The notes under the pieces: generated by a model
The model's input: only the letters and a program-made list of their open reading frames with translations
Databases searched by the model: none
Told to the model about the DNA's origin: nothing
Shown here: positions 14,630 to 29,345 of the stretch, in pieces
How positions within the stretch are numbered: the stretch's first letter is position 1
Layout of the letters: each line of letters starts with the position of its first letter
Position numbers and translations under genes: made by a program
Assembly: GCF_009914755.1 (NCBI RefSeq)
Contig: NC_060927.1
Length of the DNA stretch: 64,000 bases
Strand: one strand, 5' to 3'
Origin: the human T2T-CHM13v2.0 reference genome, Homo sapiens

Positions 14630-14890
14630 TTTTTAATAGATACTTAAAATTAAAATAGCTTATTTTGTGATAAATTTAAATTCACAGGCAGTCTTAAGAA
14701 CTACTACAGAGATCCCATATACTCTTCATTTAGCTTACCCCAGTGGTAGCATCTTACATAACTGTTATACATTATCACAACCAGAAAATTGACATGGAGG
14801 CAATCCACCATCGGCATGATTTTAAAAAAATTTATATGTACATAACAGTCGTTCATATTTATAGGGTACATGTGATATTTTATCACTTAA
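14630..14890 (-). mobile_element. Two abutting L1M 3' end fragments (L1MB/MC-like and L1MA-like)
   Basis: AAATTCACAGGCAG...ACAGAGATCCCATATAC...ACAACCAGAAAATTGACAT, then GTACATAACAGTCGTTCATATTTATAGGGTACATGTGATATTT. Confidence 0.7.
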
Positions 14891-16261
14891 AATGTGTGAT
14901 CAATTTTGTAAGTCCAACTACATCCTTATGTGCATGAACTTGTGGTAGTGAATTGTCATCACTGGAAAGTCAAGCTGAAGATGGTTGACTGCTATACATA
15001 GCAATATGGTCTCTTAGATCACTAAGATTCTAGGGACTTTTTATGTTTGATTATAAAAATAGAAGTAGGCAAAACTTGAAAAGAATCTGTAGAAGAAGAA
15101 AGAGGACATGCACTGTGATAGTGTATAAAATTCACCCAGTACTTGGATGGTGGACCTTTTATCTACATCTTTGTTACAAAAGAATGGACACACATATATT
15201 CAACTTCACAATTCTGGTTATTCACCTATCTCTTTTCTTTGTGAGAAGAGATTAATCCTTCCGAAATGGCTGGAGTTCAGGAAATATGAAAACTATCCTC
15301 TGGATTTGGAGCCTGACATAAGTCAAAATTCCCTGAAGCTCTGAAGTCATATCAATATTTGTCTTTAAAGGTCATGGCATGCAGCTCTTCGAAAGGATTG
15401 AGGACCAAAATTCAAGGAATTAAGCGAGAATAAATAAAAGGTATGAATAAAAGTGGGCATGCATAAAGGAAGGTCCAAAGAGCAAGCAAGGGATCACCAG
15501 CTACTCTCTTTATCAAAATTAAAGGCACAAGTTAAGGTTCTAGGAGTTAGGAAGCCTTGGTCACTAATAATCAGCAGTATGACAATAAACAGTTATTTAT
15601 AAAAACTGCATTTTCTAAAATAATGATAATAATATTGAATTATCTTTCTCTAATAATTTCATTAAAGATCACATTGAAAATATCAACATGAAATCAGATA
15701 TAGCACAGATGTAAGATGTTGATTACTGGAGCATAAAACACAACAAAATACAATAAAATAAACGAGAATTTCAAAATTAATTCAGAGATCCATGGAAACA
15801 ATAGGAGTTGAAGTAATATAAGGAGGACATAAAATGAGGCAGCAAGCTGTCGGAGTCTCTAGTTTCTCCATTTGCTTCTTCTCCCTAGTGAAAGGAAATA
15901 TTGATTACATTGCCAAATCCATGGTGAACTTTTAGTCATCTTACTTTAAGTAATGGACAACATTTGACACAGTTAATCACTTCTTGCTCCTTTACCTTCC
16001 TCACTTGGCTTCCAGAATGATATCGTTTTTGATTTGCCTCCCAGTTTGCTGACCATTTCTATTCAATTCTCTAGACCTGCCATGTTAGGAATTCCCTAAG
16101 ACTCAGTTCTCAGACCTCTTTCTCTTCTGTATATATCCACTTTCTCAAGAATCTCAGTCAGTTTTACAGATTATCATCCATAAAGTGACAACTCTGAGAT
16201 TTGTATCTTCAATCCAGATATTTCCCCTGAACTCATGAGATTAACTGTCAACTCCATGTCA

Positions 16262-17662
<1,401 letters not shown>

Positions 17663-19039
17663 ACTCTCTATCCTACGTTTGTAATTTATGCTTTCAAAAA
17701 AATTTTGGAAAATGCTCGTTTGTAATACTACATATACAATATTTATTTATTGATTTCCCCATCATTTGGAATGTAAACTTCATGAAGAAAGGGAATTTTG
17801 CCTCTTTTATTCACTGTGTATCTCCAATACCTAAAATAGAACCTTTCACATACTACGTCCTCAATAAATATTTGATGAATGGATGAACTAGTTGATTAAC
17901 TAAGTAACGTTTAAATGACCTGGCCTAGAGGCTGGTTAAAAATCATCATAACAGTTGGCTAACTAGAAAGTAAGCTGCTTAGGTCACTTTTGCTAGAATT
18001 TTACTGATTAAGCTAATGTCATGTGAATATAAGAAACTGTCAACCAGAAAAATATGAAGGGGAGAGAAGAGAATCAATGTTGCTACATAGGCTCAGTCGG
18101 TAGATGAATCTAAGGCCAGGTTGGGGAAATAGTATCTCTACAGCATTTTGAACAGAAAACTTGACATTGGTTTGTTCTACATTCATTACTAGATTGTACC
18201 AGCAACTAAGAGGCCATGTCTAAATGGACCATTAAATGTAGTCCTTTGCAAATTTAACACAAATTATATCACTCTGAAAAGTGCTTTGACATAACTTGGA
18301 GTTAAACATTTGCTATAAGTGGCACTGTTTATGGTAATAATTGACAAACCATGCTTAGGTTAGATGTGTGTAAGGGTAGGAGTTGTTTTATTAACTGACA
18401 ACATTATCGAATTCCTGATAAATTGCAAATTCTGGTTTGCTTTTAAAATCATTGAATAAACATTGCAGTTGTTTAATAGGTGAATTTACCGGTCTACTAA
18501 ATACAGTGTGGCAGATATTAAACTCTATTCCATAGTTCCTTTCACACATTTTACCGGATTTTTCTTCATTGTAAAATATTAAAAGTTTAGAATTCTAACT
18601 TTCAAAATTGGTTATGCAAAGTATTACCCAAACCTTTGTGAATGCATGAAGAATAAATACTCTTAGTTCTTCTTTTATATCTCACTTTACATACCTCCCT
18701 TCCTACTTTCATTTTGGGCTGCCAAGTTTTCTCAGTTTGTACATAAATATTAGAGTCAGTATTATATTAAAAATAATAATCAAGAATGCTTTTTGAGCTG
18801 TTCGCTTTGTTGTTTTAAATCCAGAAGAAGTGATGAGAGAATTCAGAATTTATCAATTTTGCTGTTTCCATGACAGTTAGTAAAGGACAAATGTGACTTG
18901 TTAGGCCTATCCATCACTATGAAAATTGGCTCTGTTTGGTTTGTGGAGAGAATACAAGCTCCTGGAAGCTTCTTTTATTTCCACATATCACACTGACCAA
19001 AATAGCCAGAATTTTCTGATCTAAGCAGATTGTACTAAC

Positions 19040-19230
19040 TGTAGATACTATTTACCAAGTCTCTGACACTGGGCTAAGCAATCTACAATTAGTGATTGCT
19101 TAAGCCTTACCATAACTTATTTTCATGTAAAGTCATTCCATTTTACAGATGGAGATGGTAAAACAATAGAACTTGTGTACCTTGCCAACATTCATATAGC
19201 TAGGAAGTGAGAGAAGAGGAATTGGAAAAA
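19040..19230 (-). mobile_element. MIR
   Basis: CCATTTTACAGATGGAG...CTTGCCAACATTCATATAGCTAGGAAGTG. Confidence 0.65.
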
Positions 19231-19329
19231 GAAACTACCATGCCTGCCAGCAGCATGTGTACACAAATGCTCCTCTTCTCCCTTTAACTTCAATGTATTG
19301 CTGTCTAGACATGAAGTACATACAGAGTC

Positions 19330-20220
19330 ATCATTCTGTTATTCAGGAATACACCTGATGGCATTTGCTTCCACAGACCTTTGTTGGTATTCACTGTGTG
19401 CCCGATACTGAGGATACAGAGATGAAGTCTCAAGTCTGTTTCTCATGTCAGACACACAGGAGACTGGAATATGATTTCTTTAATAACAGTGTAAAGAAAA
19501 TGCAATTTGGATTTAAGGAGATAGCAATTAGTTTTGCATTGGAAAGCGCTAAAACCAATAATGACTGCCTAATCAAAATCGATTCCTCTTTTCTTATAGC
19601 AGTGGTTTTATTGAACTATTTACTCCTCTTCCATGTAGCGTAGGTTTTATCCCCATGGAAGGCTCAACCATTTGTGTTATACATTCATTCACTTTGTTAA
19701 CAATTAGTTTCGGCATGGTATTAGTTTAGGTGTGTCCAGTGTTAGATAATGAGACACGAGAAGAAATTTATACCATGGGGAATTTGGATTATAGAAACAT
19801 TTCTCCACACTTATAAAATATTAACTGGAGGATGAGGAAACTTTCTGACTCTGAATTCTTTGTGTTATAACCTTGTGTCTATTTCATAGCAAGTTTCATG
19901 GAGGAGACATTATTAGAGATAAATCATTAAGTATGCATAAAAGAAAAGTGAATGTTATGAGCATCTTAGACGGCAGATAACAGATGAGCAAAGGTACAGA
20001 GTCAAGAATGTGTAAGGTATCCTTGGGGTATGGCAACAGGGGAGTTCAATGAAGCTAGAAACAGGAATGCAGGGACATACCGTGGAGGTTTGATTATCGG
20101 AATAAGGAGACTGCACAACTCTTTCCCTTCAGGAAACGAAATTGCTTCGAGGATTTTTAAGCAAGGTGACACCATGATTAGTATCTCATTGAGAGATCGT
20201 TCTGGCTGGAGAAAATGTCA
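19330..20220 (-). mobile_element. L2 fragments
   Basis: CACTGTGTGCCCGATACTGAGGATACAGAGATGAA; ACATTCATTCAC; ATGAGCAAAGGTACAGAG; GGATTTTTAAGCAAGG. Confidence 0.55.
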
Positions 20221-21273
20221 AGTGACGTGCTTGCTACTATTAACATCTAAACCAAAAAATGGTTGCATGTACTTCAGCATATTATTAATAATTAATCATG
20301 TCTTTACTTAGTTTTTATTTAGGTGTTAAACATGTTAATAATTGATCAGATTTTTAACAGTATGATGAAAGTAATTTAGGCTGTAAATGTACCAAAATGT
20401 CAAGGAAACCAAATATTCATTTTCCCATCACATAATTTTGCCAGCAATTCCCTTGAATGAGGAATGTAAAGGAAAAGGAAAGATTGACCAGTGAATGCCC
20501 TAGGGAGAATTTCTGCTCCGTGGAGTCTGCATTCCACTATGGCTGAGGACAGGAGCACTTTGTCTCTGTAATTTAGGCTGTAATTTCGGTTGTGATAGGG
20601 TGACACTAAGTGGCTGAAAAGGGAAAACTTAGTTAATGGAAATCAAAATAAGAACAAAAAATTGCACTTGTGGTGACATTCATGCCTCCCTGACAACAAC
20701 ATAAGAAAATTATATTCAGAGTAACTTGGAATCTTGAAAAAATTTTTAAACTAGCCACTCCTTTCTTTCTGTGAAGCTTAAGATTCTTTTGCAAAGATGA
20801 CAAAAAACAACAAATATTGAATCATATAAGTTATATAAGCTGAATTAAAGGATAAGGCCTTTTCCTTTTAAATGAAAAAATATCTTGCTATTACATTTTC
20901 TGTCACTTTTTTAGGTAGCTTTTTTCATTTTTGGCATTATTCATAATAATAATAAATAGTAAAATAACAATTTTGCTTATCAGTATATAAAAGGCACAAT
21001 GGATTTTCAATATAATGTTTCTGAGTAAATCTACTCGAGTAAATAAATGTACACGCAATACTTAACTAACTGCTTTAGACCTCTTCAAAAATGTTTAGCA
21101 CACAGTGAAAGAAAAGGTTATTTTTTTCTGGCAAGCGCTGTAGTAAATTTGTGTTTTTATTTTTTTTTGTCCTGCTAAAACTGTTTTTTAAAGGAGTTAT
21201 ATTTTTATCTACTGAAAATTAAAAGGACTTCCTAATTTAATATTCATTTATTCCTTTGTTCATTCAGTAATTA

Positions 21274-21350
21274 TTAGATTGAACCATATAAAATTATATT
21301 TTGTTGGTTAAAATGATTTAATACTCTCAATTATATATGATTCAACCTGC
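21274..21350. mobile_element. MADE2 (mariner-derived MITE)
   Basis: TTAGATTGAACCATATAAAATT ... AATTATATATGATTCAACCT terminal inverted repeats, ~80 bp, preceded by TA. Confidence 0.8.
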
Positions 21351-21589
21351 TATTTATTAAGGACTTCTAGATGATGATGATAGATATATCATATCTTTGA
21401 ACATGGACACTTTTATCACTCTAGTACGAAAAACCCACTGGAGCAGTTGATTTTATCTTTGGGTAATTCTCACAAAATACATAACTTTTCTTCCTTAATG
21501 GAACTGAATTTTTTCCCACACATTGGTTTTAATTCTGGATTTTTAAAGTATTTTTAATAAATGTTGTCTTATTTAATTTGGAATTATCA

Positions 21590-21795
21590 AGTGAAATTGT
21601 GGTTGGGGACATGGATGAAGAAAGGGGAGATGTTGGCGAAGGGTACAAAGGAGAAATGGGCTCTGGTAATTTGTTACACCATATGAGGTGTACAGCTAAT
21701 AAAGTATTGTATATTTCAAAATAGCTAAAATAATGGATTTTAAGTGTTTTCACCACAAAGAAACAAGGAGCGACTGAGGAAATGGATATGTTGTT
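21590..21795 (+). mobile_element. L1MA 3' UTR fragment
   Basis: GGAGATGTTGGCGAAGGGTACAAA...GTATTGTATATTTCAAAATAGCTAA...CACCACAAAGAAA. Confidence 0.75.
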
Positions 21796-21949
21796 TCTGG
21801 CATTTAGAGCCACAAAAAGACAAATCTATTCCAGTTTATATATGATTAGTCTTCAGATATCAGGTAACAAACTCTGCACTTATTTCTGCTTCTATCCTAT
21901 CATCTTCACTTCTCTGGATTAAACACTTTAGTTGCTACACCTAAAATGT

Positions 21950-22460
21950 GGTCATCCCAAATTGACATTTGAAAATGTTGGCTATTTCATCTTTTCAATT
22001 TTCTCCTCTTCGAGTTTCTGAGACATTTCTGTCTTCTGGTTTTCTTCCTGCATCTCAGATTTTCTTTCATTTTCTTTTGATTCTTTTTCTTTTACTAACC
22101 AACCCCTTTACCATCGATGTTCCCAGTAGCTTATCCTTTTGCCATGTTCTCTAAAGATACACTAGATGACTTCATTCTGCCCTTTATCTTCAGCTACTGT
22201 TAGTATGCTAAATGTTTCTAGATTTATATCTCTAGATAAAAAAAAGTTTTGAACTGAAGACCTGTGTATTTAACTGTCTCACAGACATAGCTACTTGGAA
22301 GTTTCACATATCCTTCCAGCTAAATCTATCCTCAACTTGAATACATCATCTCTATCCACCCATCACTCAAAGAAGAAACATGGTTACCCCTTTAGACCAT
22401 CATTCTCATTGCCTGCTCTCATCCCCACAACACACAAATTCTACCTCCTTGCTTTCTTAA
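21950..22460 (+). mobile_element. L2 fragment
   Basis: Diverged L2 motifs (AGATTTATATCTCTAG, ACATAGCTACTTGGAAGTTTCACA). Confidence 0.5.
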
Positions 22461-22489
22461 GATAGGAATTGGTCTTAACATACGATCTT

Positions 22490-23500
22490 ATTTTTAGTAA
22501 CAACTTTACGGAGATGTATATAATTCAGGTATCATACTAGTTACCATTTAAAGTGTACAATTCAATGATTTTAATATATTCTCAGAGCTGTGCTACATCA
22601 TCATTTTGGAATATTTTTATCATCCCCAAAAGAAACCCTGTACCCTTTAGCTATCATCCGCCCTCCCAACTGTCTATCCTCCCCATCCCTAAATGCTACT
22701 AAACTACTTTCTATCACCATAGATTTTCCTGTTTTGCATATATAACGCAAATGAATTCATACAATATGTGATCTCTGGGATCGCATATTGTATGATTTCA
22801 TTTGCGTTATATATGCAAAATAGGAAAATCTTTGCAAAACCATTTAGCAATGAATACTAAAATATATTCTACTTAAAGCCTTCTTTTGCTTCACATGATG
22901 TGTTCAAGGTTCATCCATACTGTGTCATGTATTATCACTTCACTCCTTTTTGTTGTTAAATAATATTCCATTGTATGGATTTGCCACATTATGTTTCTGT
23001 GCTCATCAGCTGATGGACATTTGGGTTGTTTTCACCTTTTAACTTTTATGAATAATATTATGACCATTGATGTACAAGTTCTTGTGTGGACAAATGTTTA
23101 TTTCTGTCTATATATAGATCATATAGATATATATCATATGTAGAGTCAAAGACATAAATATATTTGTTTATGAAACAATTACATATCTCATATATGTATA
23201 TAAATAATTCAAATTGCTGAGTCAAATGGTAACTTTATATTTAGTTTTTTTGAGGAAATTCCAGACTCTTGTCCAAAGCAACTGTACCAATTTACACTTC
23301 CAGCAGGATTGTGTCATGGTTCTGACTTCTCCACATCATTGTTAATACTTATTATTGATGTTCTAAAATTATAGCCAGTCTAGGTGTAGGTATAAAGTTG
23401 AATCTTATTGTGGTTTTGATTAACATGTTCCTGATAACTAATGATCTTAGCAACTTTTCTTGTTCTTATTGGCCATTCATGTATCTTCTTTGGATATTTA
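22490..23500 (-). mobile_element. L1MB-type 3' portion, containing a complex templated insertion
   Basis: CATTTAAAGTGTACAATTCAATG...CATCCCCAAAAGAAACCCTGTACCC...GATGGACATTTGGGTTG...TTGGCCATTCATGTATCTTCTTTGG. Confidence 0.88.
22721..22831. repeat. 53-bp-arm palindrome with 5-nt loop
   Basis: 22721-22773 vs 22779-22831: 50 of 53 positions complementary. Confidence 0.95.
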
Positions 23501-23799
23501 CTTTTTTCTTTGCAAAATTATGTGTAAAACTCATGATAAATCTGACTTGAAGATTTGACAGAATTTACCAATAAATCCTCAAATTTTATGAGCCTCATGG
23601 GCCTGGGATTCTTTTAAGAAAATGTTTTAACTATCAGTTTAATTTATATAAGTGATATAAAGATTTTTTTTTGTTCTTTTGAGTCAGGTTTTGTTATTGT
23701 ATTTTTTCCTGCAAATTTTGTCTAATTGTCCAATTTGTTGGCATCAAGATGTTCTTATATTTTCTCATTATCTTTTTAATGTCTGTATGACACTTGGTG

Positions 23800-24575
23800 G
23801 TATACTAGTTACGGTTCTCCAGAGAAGCAGAATGAATAGGATATACAGATGTTCCCTGACTTACAATGGGGTTACTTCTTGATACACCAATTGTAAGTTG
23901 AAAATATGAATAGTTGAAAATGCACTTCATACATGTAACCTATACAACATCATAGCTTAGCCTAGCCTATCTTAAACAAGCTTTAAAAACTAACATTAGC
24001 CTATAGTTGGCCAAAATCATCTAACACAACACAAAACAAAACCTATTTTATAACAAAATGTTTATAAAAATATATACCTCATATAATTTGTTGAATGCTA
24101 CACAGAAAGTGAAAAACCAGATAATCACAAAGATACTCAAAGTACAGTTTCTATTGAATGCATATTACTTTCACACTATCATAAAATTGAAAAATTGTAA
24201 ATTGAACCATTGTAAGTCGGGGACCATCTGTATACAGATATATAAGAGAGGATTTCTTATGGGAAATAGTTCTTGCAATTATGGAGACTAAGAAGTCCCA
24301 CAATATGCCATCTGCAAACTGGAGAACCAGGAAAGCCAGTAGTGTAATTCAGTTGGTGCCAGAAGGACTGAGACCTAAGGGAGCAAATAATGTAATTCTT
24401 AATCTGAGCCCAAAGGCCTGAGAGCCTGGGAAGGAGGTAGGAAGATGCTGGTATAAGCCCCAGAGTCCAAAGCCATGAGAACCAGGAAAGCTCCAATGTA
24501 AAAGGAGAGGAGATGAAAGTCCCAGCTCCAAAAGAAAGACATAATTCACCCTTTCTCCAACTTTTTGTTCTATAC
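23800..24575 (-). mobile_element. MLT2 (ERVL) LTR interrupted by MER47A
   Basis: GGTTCTCCAGAGAAGCAGAA...AAGTCCCACAATATGCCATCTGCAAACTGGAGAACCAGG...TTTTTGTTCTAT. Confidence 0.85.
23846..24230 (+). mobile_element. MER47A (TcMar-Tigger) DNA transposon
   Basis: TIRs CAGATGTTCCCTGACTTACAATGG / CCATTGTAAGTCGGGGACCATCTG; TA TSD on both sides; internal CATCATAGCTTAGCCTAGCCTA. Confidence 0.92.
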
Positions 24576-27500
24576 TTTGGGTTCTGGCTATAATTCTGGG
24601 TCAGTCTGGTATAGGTAGTTAGACTTAGACTTCTGTGGGTTCATTCCCATAATTAACGGTTATTTTTCTTGCTCGCTTCCCTCCAGCCACAATCCTACTC
24701 CATCTCAGTTCCTTTCCTTGTTTCCTGTGGCCACAAAAAAACCCTGGGTTGTTGGAGCCTTGGCTGATAACATGGTGCTACTCTGTAGCTGTGGTTCATT
24801 TTCAAGTATCACCAAAGGAAAAACAAAACCTGATGACCCATCCCCATTCTTGTTTCTTCTCCACATTTTGACTCCATTCCATAGTCTATTTATTTTGGTT
24901 TACTATCCTGACTGAGCAAAATGTAGTTGTCTTATTTTGTGTAGCATTTATAGTTGTTATCAGTAGGAGAGTGGGACTATTAGGAGCTCACACAATACTA
25001 GAGCTGGAACTTGCACTGTTTTCTTTTTTGGTCATATGTTCCATAAGATATTACATTTTGGATTATAGGAAAGGAGAAAGCATTGTGACAAAAGAAGTTG
25101 TATTCAATTATTTATCCTACACTTCTAGTACATGACGAGGTTCAAAGTACAGGGGAAGGAAAGTCTGAGTTTCAGTCGAAGTTGAAGTTATTTAGTTGTT
25201 TGTACTTGGAAAAGGGATTTTGCTTCTGACCACCTCAATTTACTTGGGGTTATATTATCAGACCTACTGTGGAAAATCTTTATGAACTCCAGACTTTTAT
25301 AGAAAATACAGGATTATTACACTCACAATCCTGAACAGTTATCTCAACAGATTTTACTTACTATTTCTGATTATTATGAAGCACTGTAGCATGAATGCAT
25401 CCATTTTGAAAAGCTAAAAGAGGAAACTAAGAAGCATATAGGAATTAGTTTTTTATCTACATTGTTGCCACCCCCACAGTTAAAGCTAAAGTAATCATCA
25501 TCTGCTGATCTATCATGCTCTAAGCATATTTTTCTTTGCCAAGATTTCAGGCAGTCTTGGAATTAAGGATCTAAATTAGAAATTATCTTATCTGATTATT
25601 AACTTATAGGTCTGTTTCATTTTTAATGAAGGCAATTAAAAATATGATGAACCCAGAAAAATACACTGTTTGAAAGCTCTTTATGGTCCTCATCACTTAG
25701 AAGAATAGCTACGCAATAAAATACAACTGAAACTTAAAGATTTAAGATGAAAACCACCGTGACTATAATTTTTATCTTAATAAGCTTTTTAGTCTTCAGT
25801 AAAGAGATAAGGAATAATTTTTAAATTACATTTGATCCTTCATCCAGTTACTTTTATTTCTGCCTTCCATAGCATGCCCATTTGTTTATTAGAATTTGTA
25901 TCCAGATGTTACTTGTAACTGGCATACAGATAAAAAACCTCTGACAAAAATAAGTTATTTGAGATTTCAAGTCTTAAATTTCATTTAATCTTGTTAAGGA
26001 AAGGACAGAAGGAAAGCAAATAACTTTTGAAAATATAAAAGCTGTAACTTTTATTCCCTTTTGATAGATTGATATAGTTTTAGACTGGACTTTGAAATTA
26101 TATGATAATAACCAGCACTTTTCATGAAGCATTATCAAGTCAATTTCCTTGGCAAAACCATTTAGCAATGAATACTGAAATATATTCTGCTTAAAGGTAT
26201 TTTATCAGCTAGTTCATGAATACTGTATTTGAAATTTTACATTTGGGTAGTATATTTGAATGCAGCCTGATAAATAACAAAAATGATTGTTGAGAACCTC
26301 AGAATTTTAATGACTGTGAATAATTTATTTTCTTTTTCATTTTAGATTTTCAAAGAACTTGTCCATAATTCTCACTTTAACATAATTTCAGTCTCTATTT
26401 TTTCCTATAATTCTTTCATAAGTAAAATCTCTGGAACTACGATAATGGTTTGTTGTGTTGTGATGTCCTGAATATTTCTTTCTGCTCTTTCAAATTGTGT
26501 GATGTATAGGTAGACCCTAGAAGTAAAGCTAGAAGTTGTTTCTGGGTGTCTTCTCTGAGTTTTGTTGAATGATTTTTTTGATAAACCAAGTAACCCCTTG
26601 CTTACCAACCACTTCTAAAGAGAGAAATCTTGTTCCATTACCACAACAGAAGTTTGAAATAAAACTCTTTGAAAAGTGTCATTTCATTCTCCCATGATTT
26701 CTTGTGCATGCTGATATCTTGATATATAAGTTATTGATGTTGATAAAAAGTTACAGCTTATCTTATTTGGGTTAAATGGTGAGCTAAGCAGTATAAAATT
26801 CCTCCCCATATGGACAACTAAAGATGCTTGATTTAATAGAATACAGAAAGGGTATAGCTGAACTAACAGGTTGGAAAAGAATCTCTAAGTGCCAGAAATG
26901 AAGAGTAATATATTCATGGGCTGAATCTCTGGAAACCATGGAATAGAGTAAATAGAACAGTTGAGTAGCAGACTCAGTCTATCTAGCACTTGGATTTTAA
27001 TGATGTAAATTTAGCTTGCTCAAGAAAAAAGTTGTAAAAGTGATTGATGCCTAGGGCTTGGGCCCTAAGAGGGTTGAAACCTCAGTGAAAGGGTAAACAA
27101 ATAAAATCTACACATTGACATTGGAAGCAGACAGAAAAGAATGATGTTTCTATCCATCTAGATTCTGTATCGAAACAAAAAAATAGAAGAATCTGTAAAT
27201 CTGAACTCAAGTCCGAATATTAGAGTCTAAATTGCCCAAAACTGCAAGATACAGAAATCCTTGTCTCAATCATTAAGATAAATATTGATCACAAACCAGT
27301 GTGTGCCTAACAAAAACAAATACAAAATAACCCTCAAGAGACATTCTACAATTCAGGTCACAAGGAAATATTACAGAAGAAGGCCTTTTGAAAAATATCA
27401 CAATAAAAGTAGATTACCAGAAATTAGTAAGAACTAAAAGATGAATTAGAGAATTAAAAAATAAATTAAATGACATTATCTATAATTCAGCAGAGACAAT

Positions 27501-28483
27501 GAGATAAAAAGTGGAAGACAGGTTCTGAGACAGGGAGGATAGAACAGGAATGCCCAACATATATTTGACAAGAGTTCCAGAACACAAAATGGAAAATGAG
27601 GGAGTCTACAGTTTAAGAGACCATGGTTGAACTTTTTCAGAACTAAAATTCTACGTATTCAAAAGCTACATATTCCAATTAAAATTCTACATACTTTTTA
27701 TATAACATTTAAAAGTTATATAAAGAATAAATAAGTCTACACTTAGACACATTTTAGTGAAACTTCAGAATGTCAAATCAAAGAGATATGCAAAATACAA
27801 CTAAATAGAAAATATAGATTATGCATTTAAAGTACTGCAGTTAGACTATAGATAATGCAATGAAAACAATGAAGGTCGAGATTTTGAAACACCTTCAGTT
27901 TGAAGACAAAATAACTGCTAACCTATAATTCTCTATCCAGCTAATCTATAAAGAGTAAGGGTCATAAAGAAAATTTCAGATAAAGACTGAGAGGCTTTTC
28001 CCTAGCAGGGCTTGTATTCAGGAAGAAGGGTTTTACCTCCTGAAATAAATGGAATATAAGAAGCAATGGTGAGCAAAATATTAAGAAATGTGTGAGAAAA
28101 TATAAACATTGAAGCATTCTTATTATTTTCATGTTCTTTGTTTGAAAGGTAAAGTTACTGTTTGAAGTTTACATCAATCTGAAGTTAAATTTAAGCACAA
28201 AAATATATGTAAATGAAAATGTAAAAGTTTAAAATTAGTAGTGGCAAAAAAAGGAGATAGATTCCTCTTAGATACCAATCCAAGTGGAAGGATATTAAAA
28301 GTGTCTGTCCCTGTAGTGAAGACTTGTCAATTTTGAAAACTTACCTAGATAGTGTCAAAAAAAAGTAAAGTATCCTTTTCCAAAAAAAGGTGATATATTA
28401 TATTACACTAAAGTTAATCTAATGAAAATATAGAAAAATAGCAAAGGAGAAAGAATGGTATGAGAAAATTAAATAAATATATA

Positions 28484-29110
28484 TGGAGCAAAATGGCCAA
28501 TTAGACACAGACTGGTGAAACAGCTACCACCAAGGGACCAGATGACTGGTACACTCCTAACAGATCTTCAGAGGGAAGGATAGAGAGTGGATAGAGGGAA
28601 GACATGGGAGCTGGACTCACAGGGGAGGAATCTGGAAACCCTGCACAGGGCTACTGTTCACTGGGACTTTTTTCTGGCCCCCAGTGACTTTGGAAGAATA
28701 GGTGAGTTGAACTAGCAAGGAGCACCCTGCTGTGGCCATAGGCCTCTGGAATCACAGCAGGAGGAGACCCCTCAACCACCACGGACATTGGAATTGGCAG
28801 GAAGAGCTACTTAGAGAAGTGGTAAGGGCAGCAAGCCAGCTGATATGGAGCCCAGAGGGTTTGGTGCAGGTGTGTCTGTAGCAGAGCATGACCAGGGACA
28901 GCCATCCCACTAAACTCAACTTCCTCCCATTGCAGGCTTTAGCCCTAGGGGAACTGTTGGATCTGAACTCTATAGAACCGTTTTGCCCACCAGAAGGAGC
29001 CAATCTGATCTGACCACCCCTTAGTCTGCTGGCCTCTCCAAGGGCCTTAGCCTGGTCATGTCTGCTTACAGGGCAGCCTCAGGTGCCCTGGGGACATGCA
29101 TCGTAGTTTC
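28484..29110 (+). mobile_element. Isolated primate L1 5' UTR fragment (old L1PA/L1P4-like)
   Basis: Begins GGAGCAAAATGGCCAATTAGACACAG like an L1 5' terminus (CAAGATGGCCG motif); GC-richer than its flanks; no ORF1 follows. Confidence 0.7.
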
Positions 29111-29119
29111 TATGCTATA

Positions 29120-29345
29120 AAGTTATTGAGTGCATACAGTAAAATTAGGCAGTATTATAATTGTGTTAGATGTGCTCTCATTGAATTTTTATAATGATGT
29201 CAAATAAGAAATATAATTATTTAATTTTTAAGATGAGGAAATTGACATGCAAATGATTAAATAGTTTGCCCAAATTCACACATCTGGTAAGTGGTAAACT
29301 CAGTGAGTCTGGTTTTAGAGTCCTATCTTTTACCACTATAAATTT
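29120..29345 (-). mobile_element. MIR
   Basis: TTTTAAGATGAGGAAATTGAC...TTGCCCAAATTCACACATCTGGTAAGTGG. Confidence 0.75.

Noticed and set aside
23105-23210. AT-rich interruption in the L1MB
   Set aside because: Looks like a degenerate (TA)n expansion; I found no template for it elsewhere in the window.
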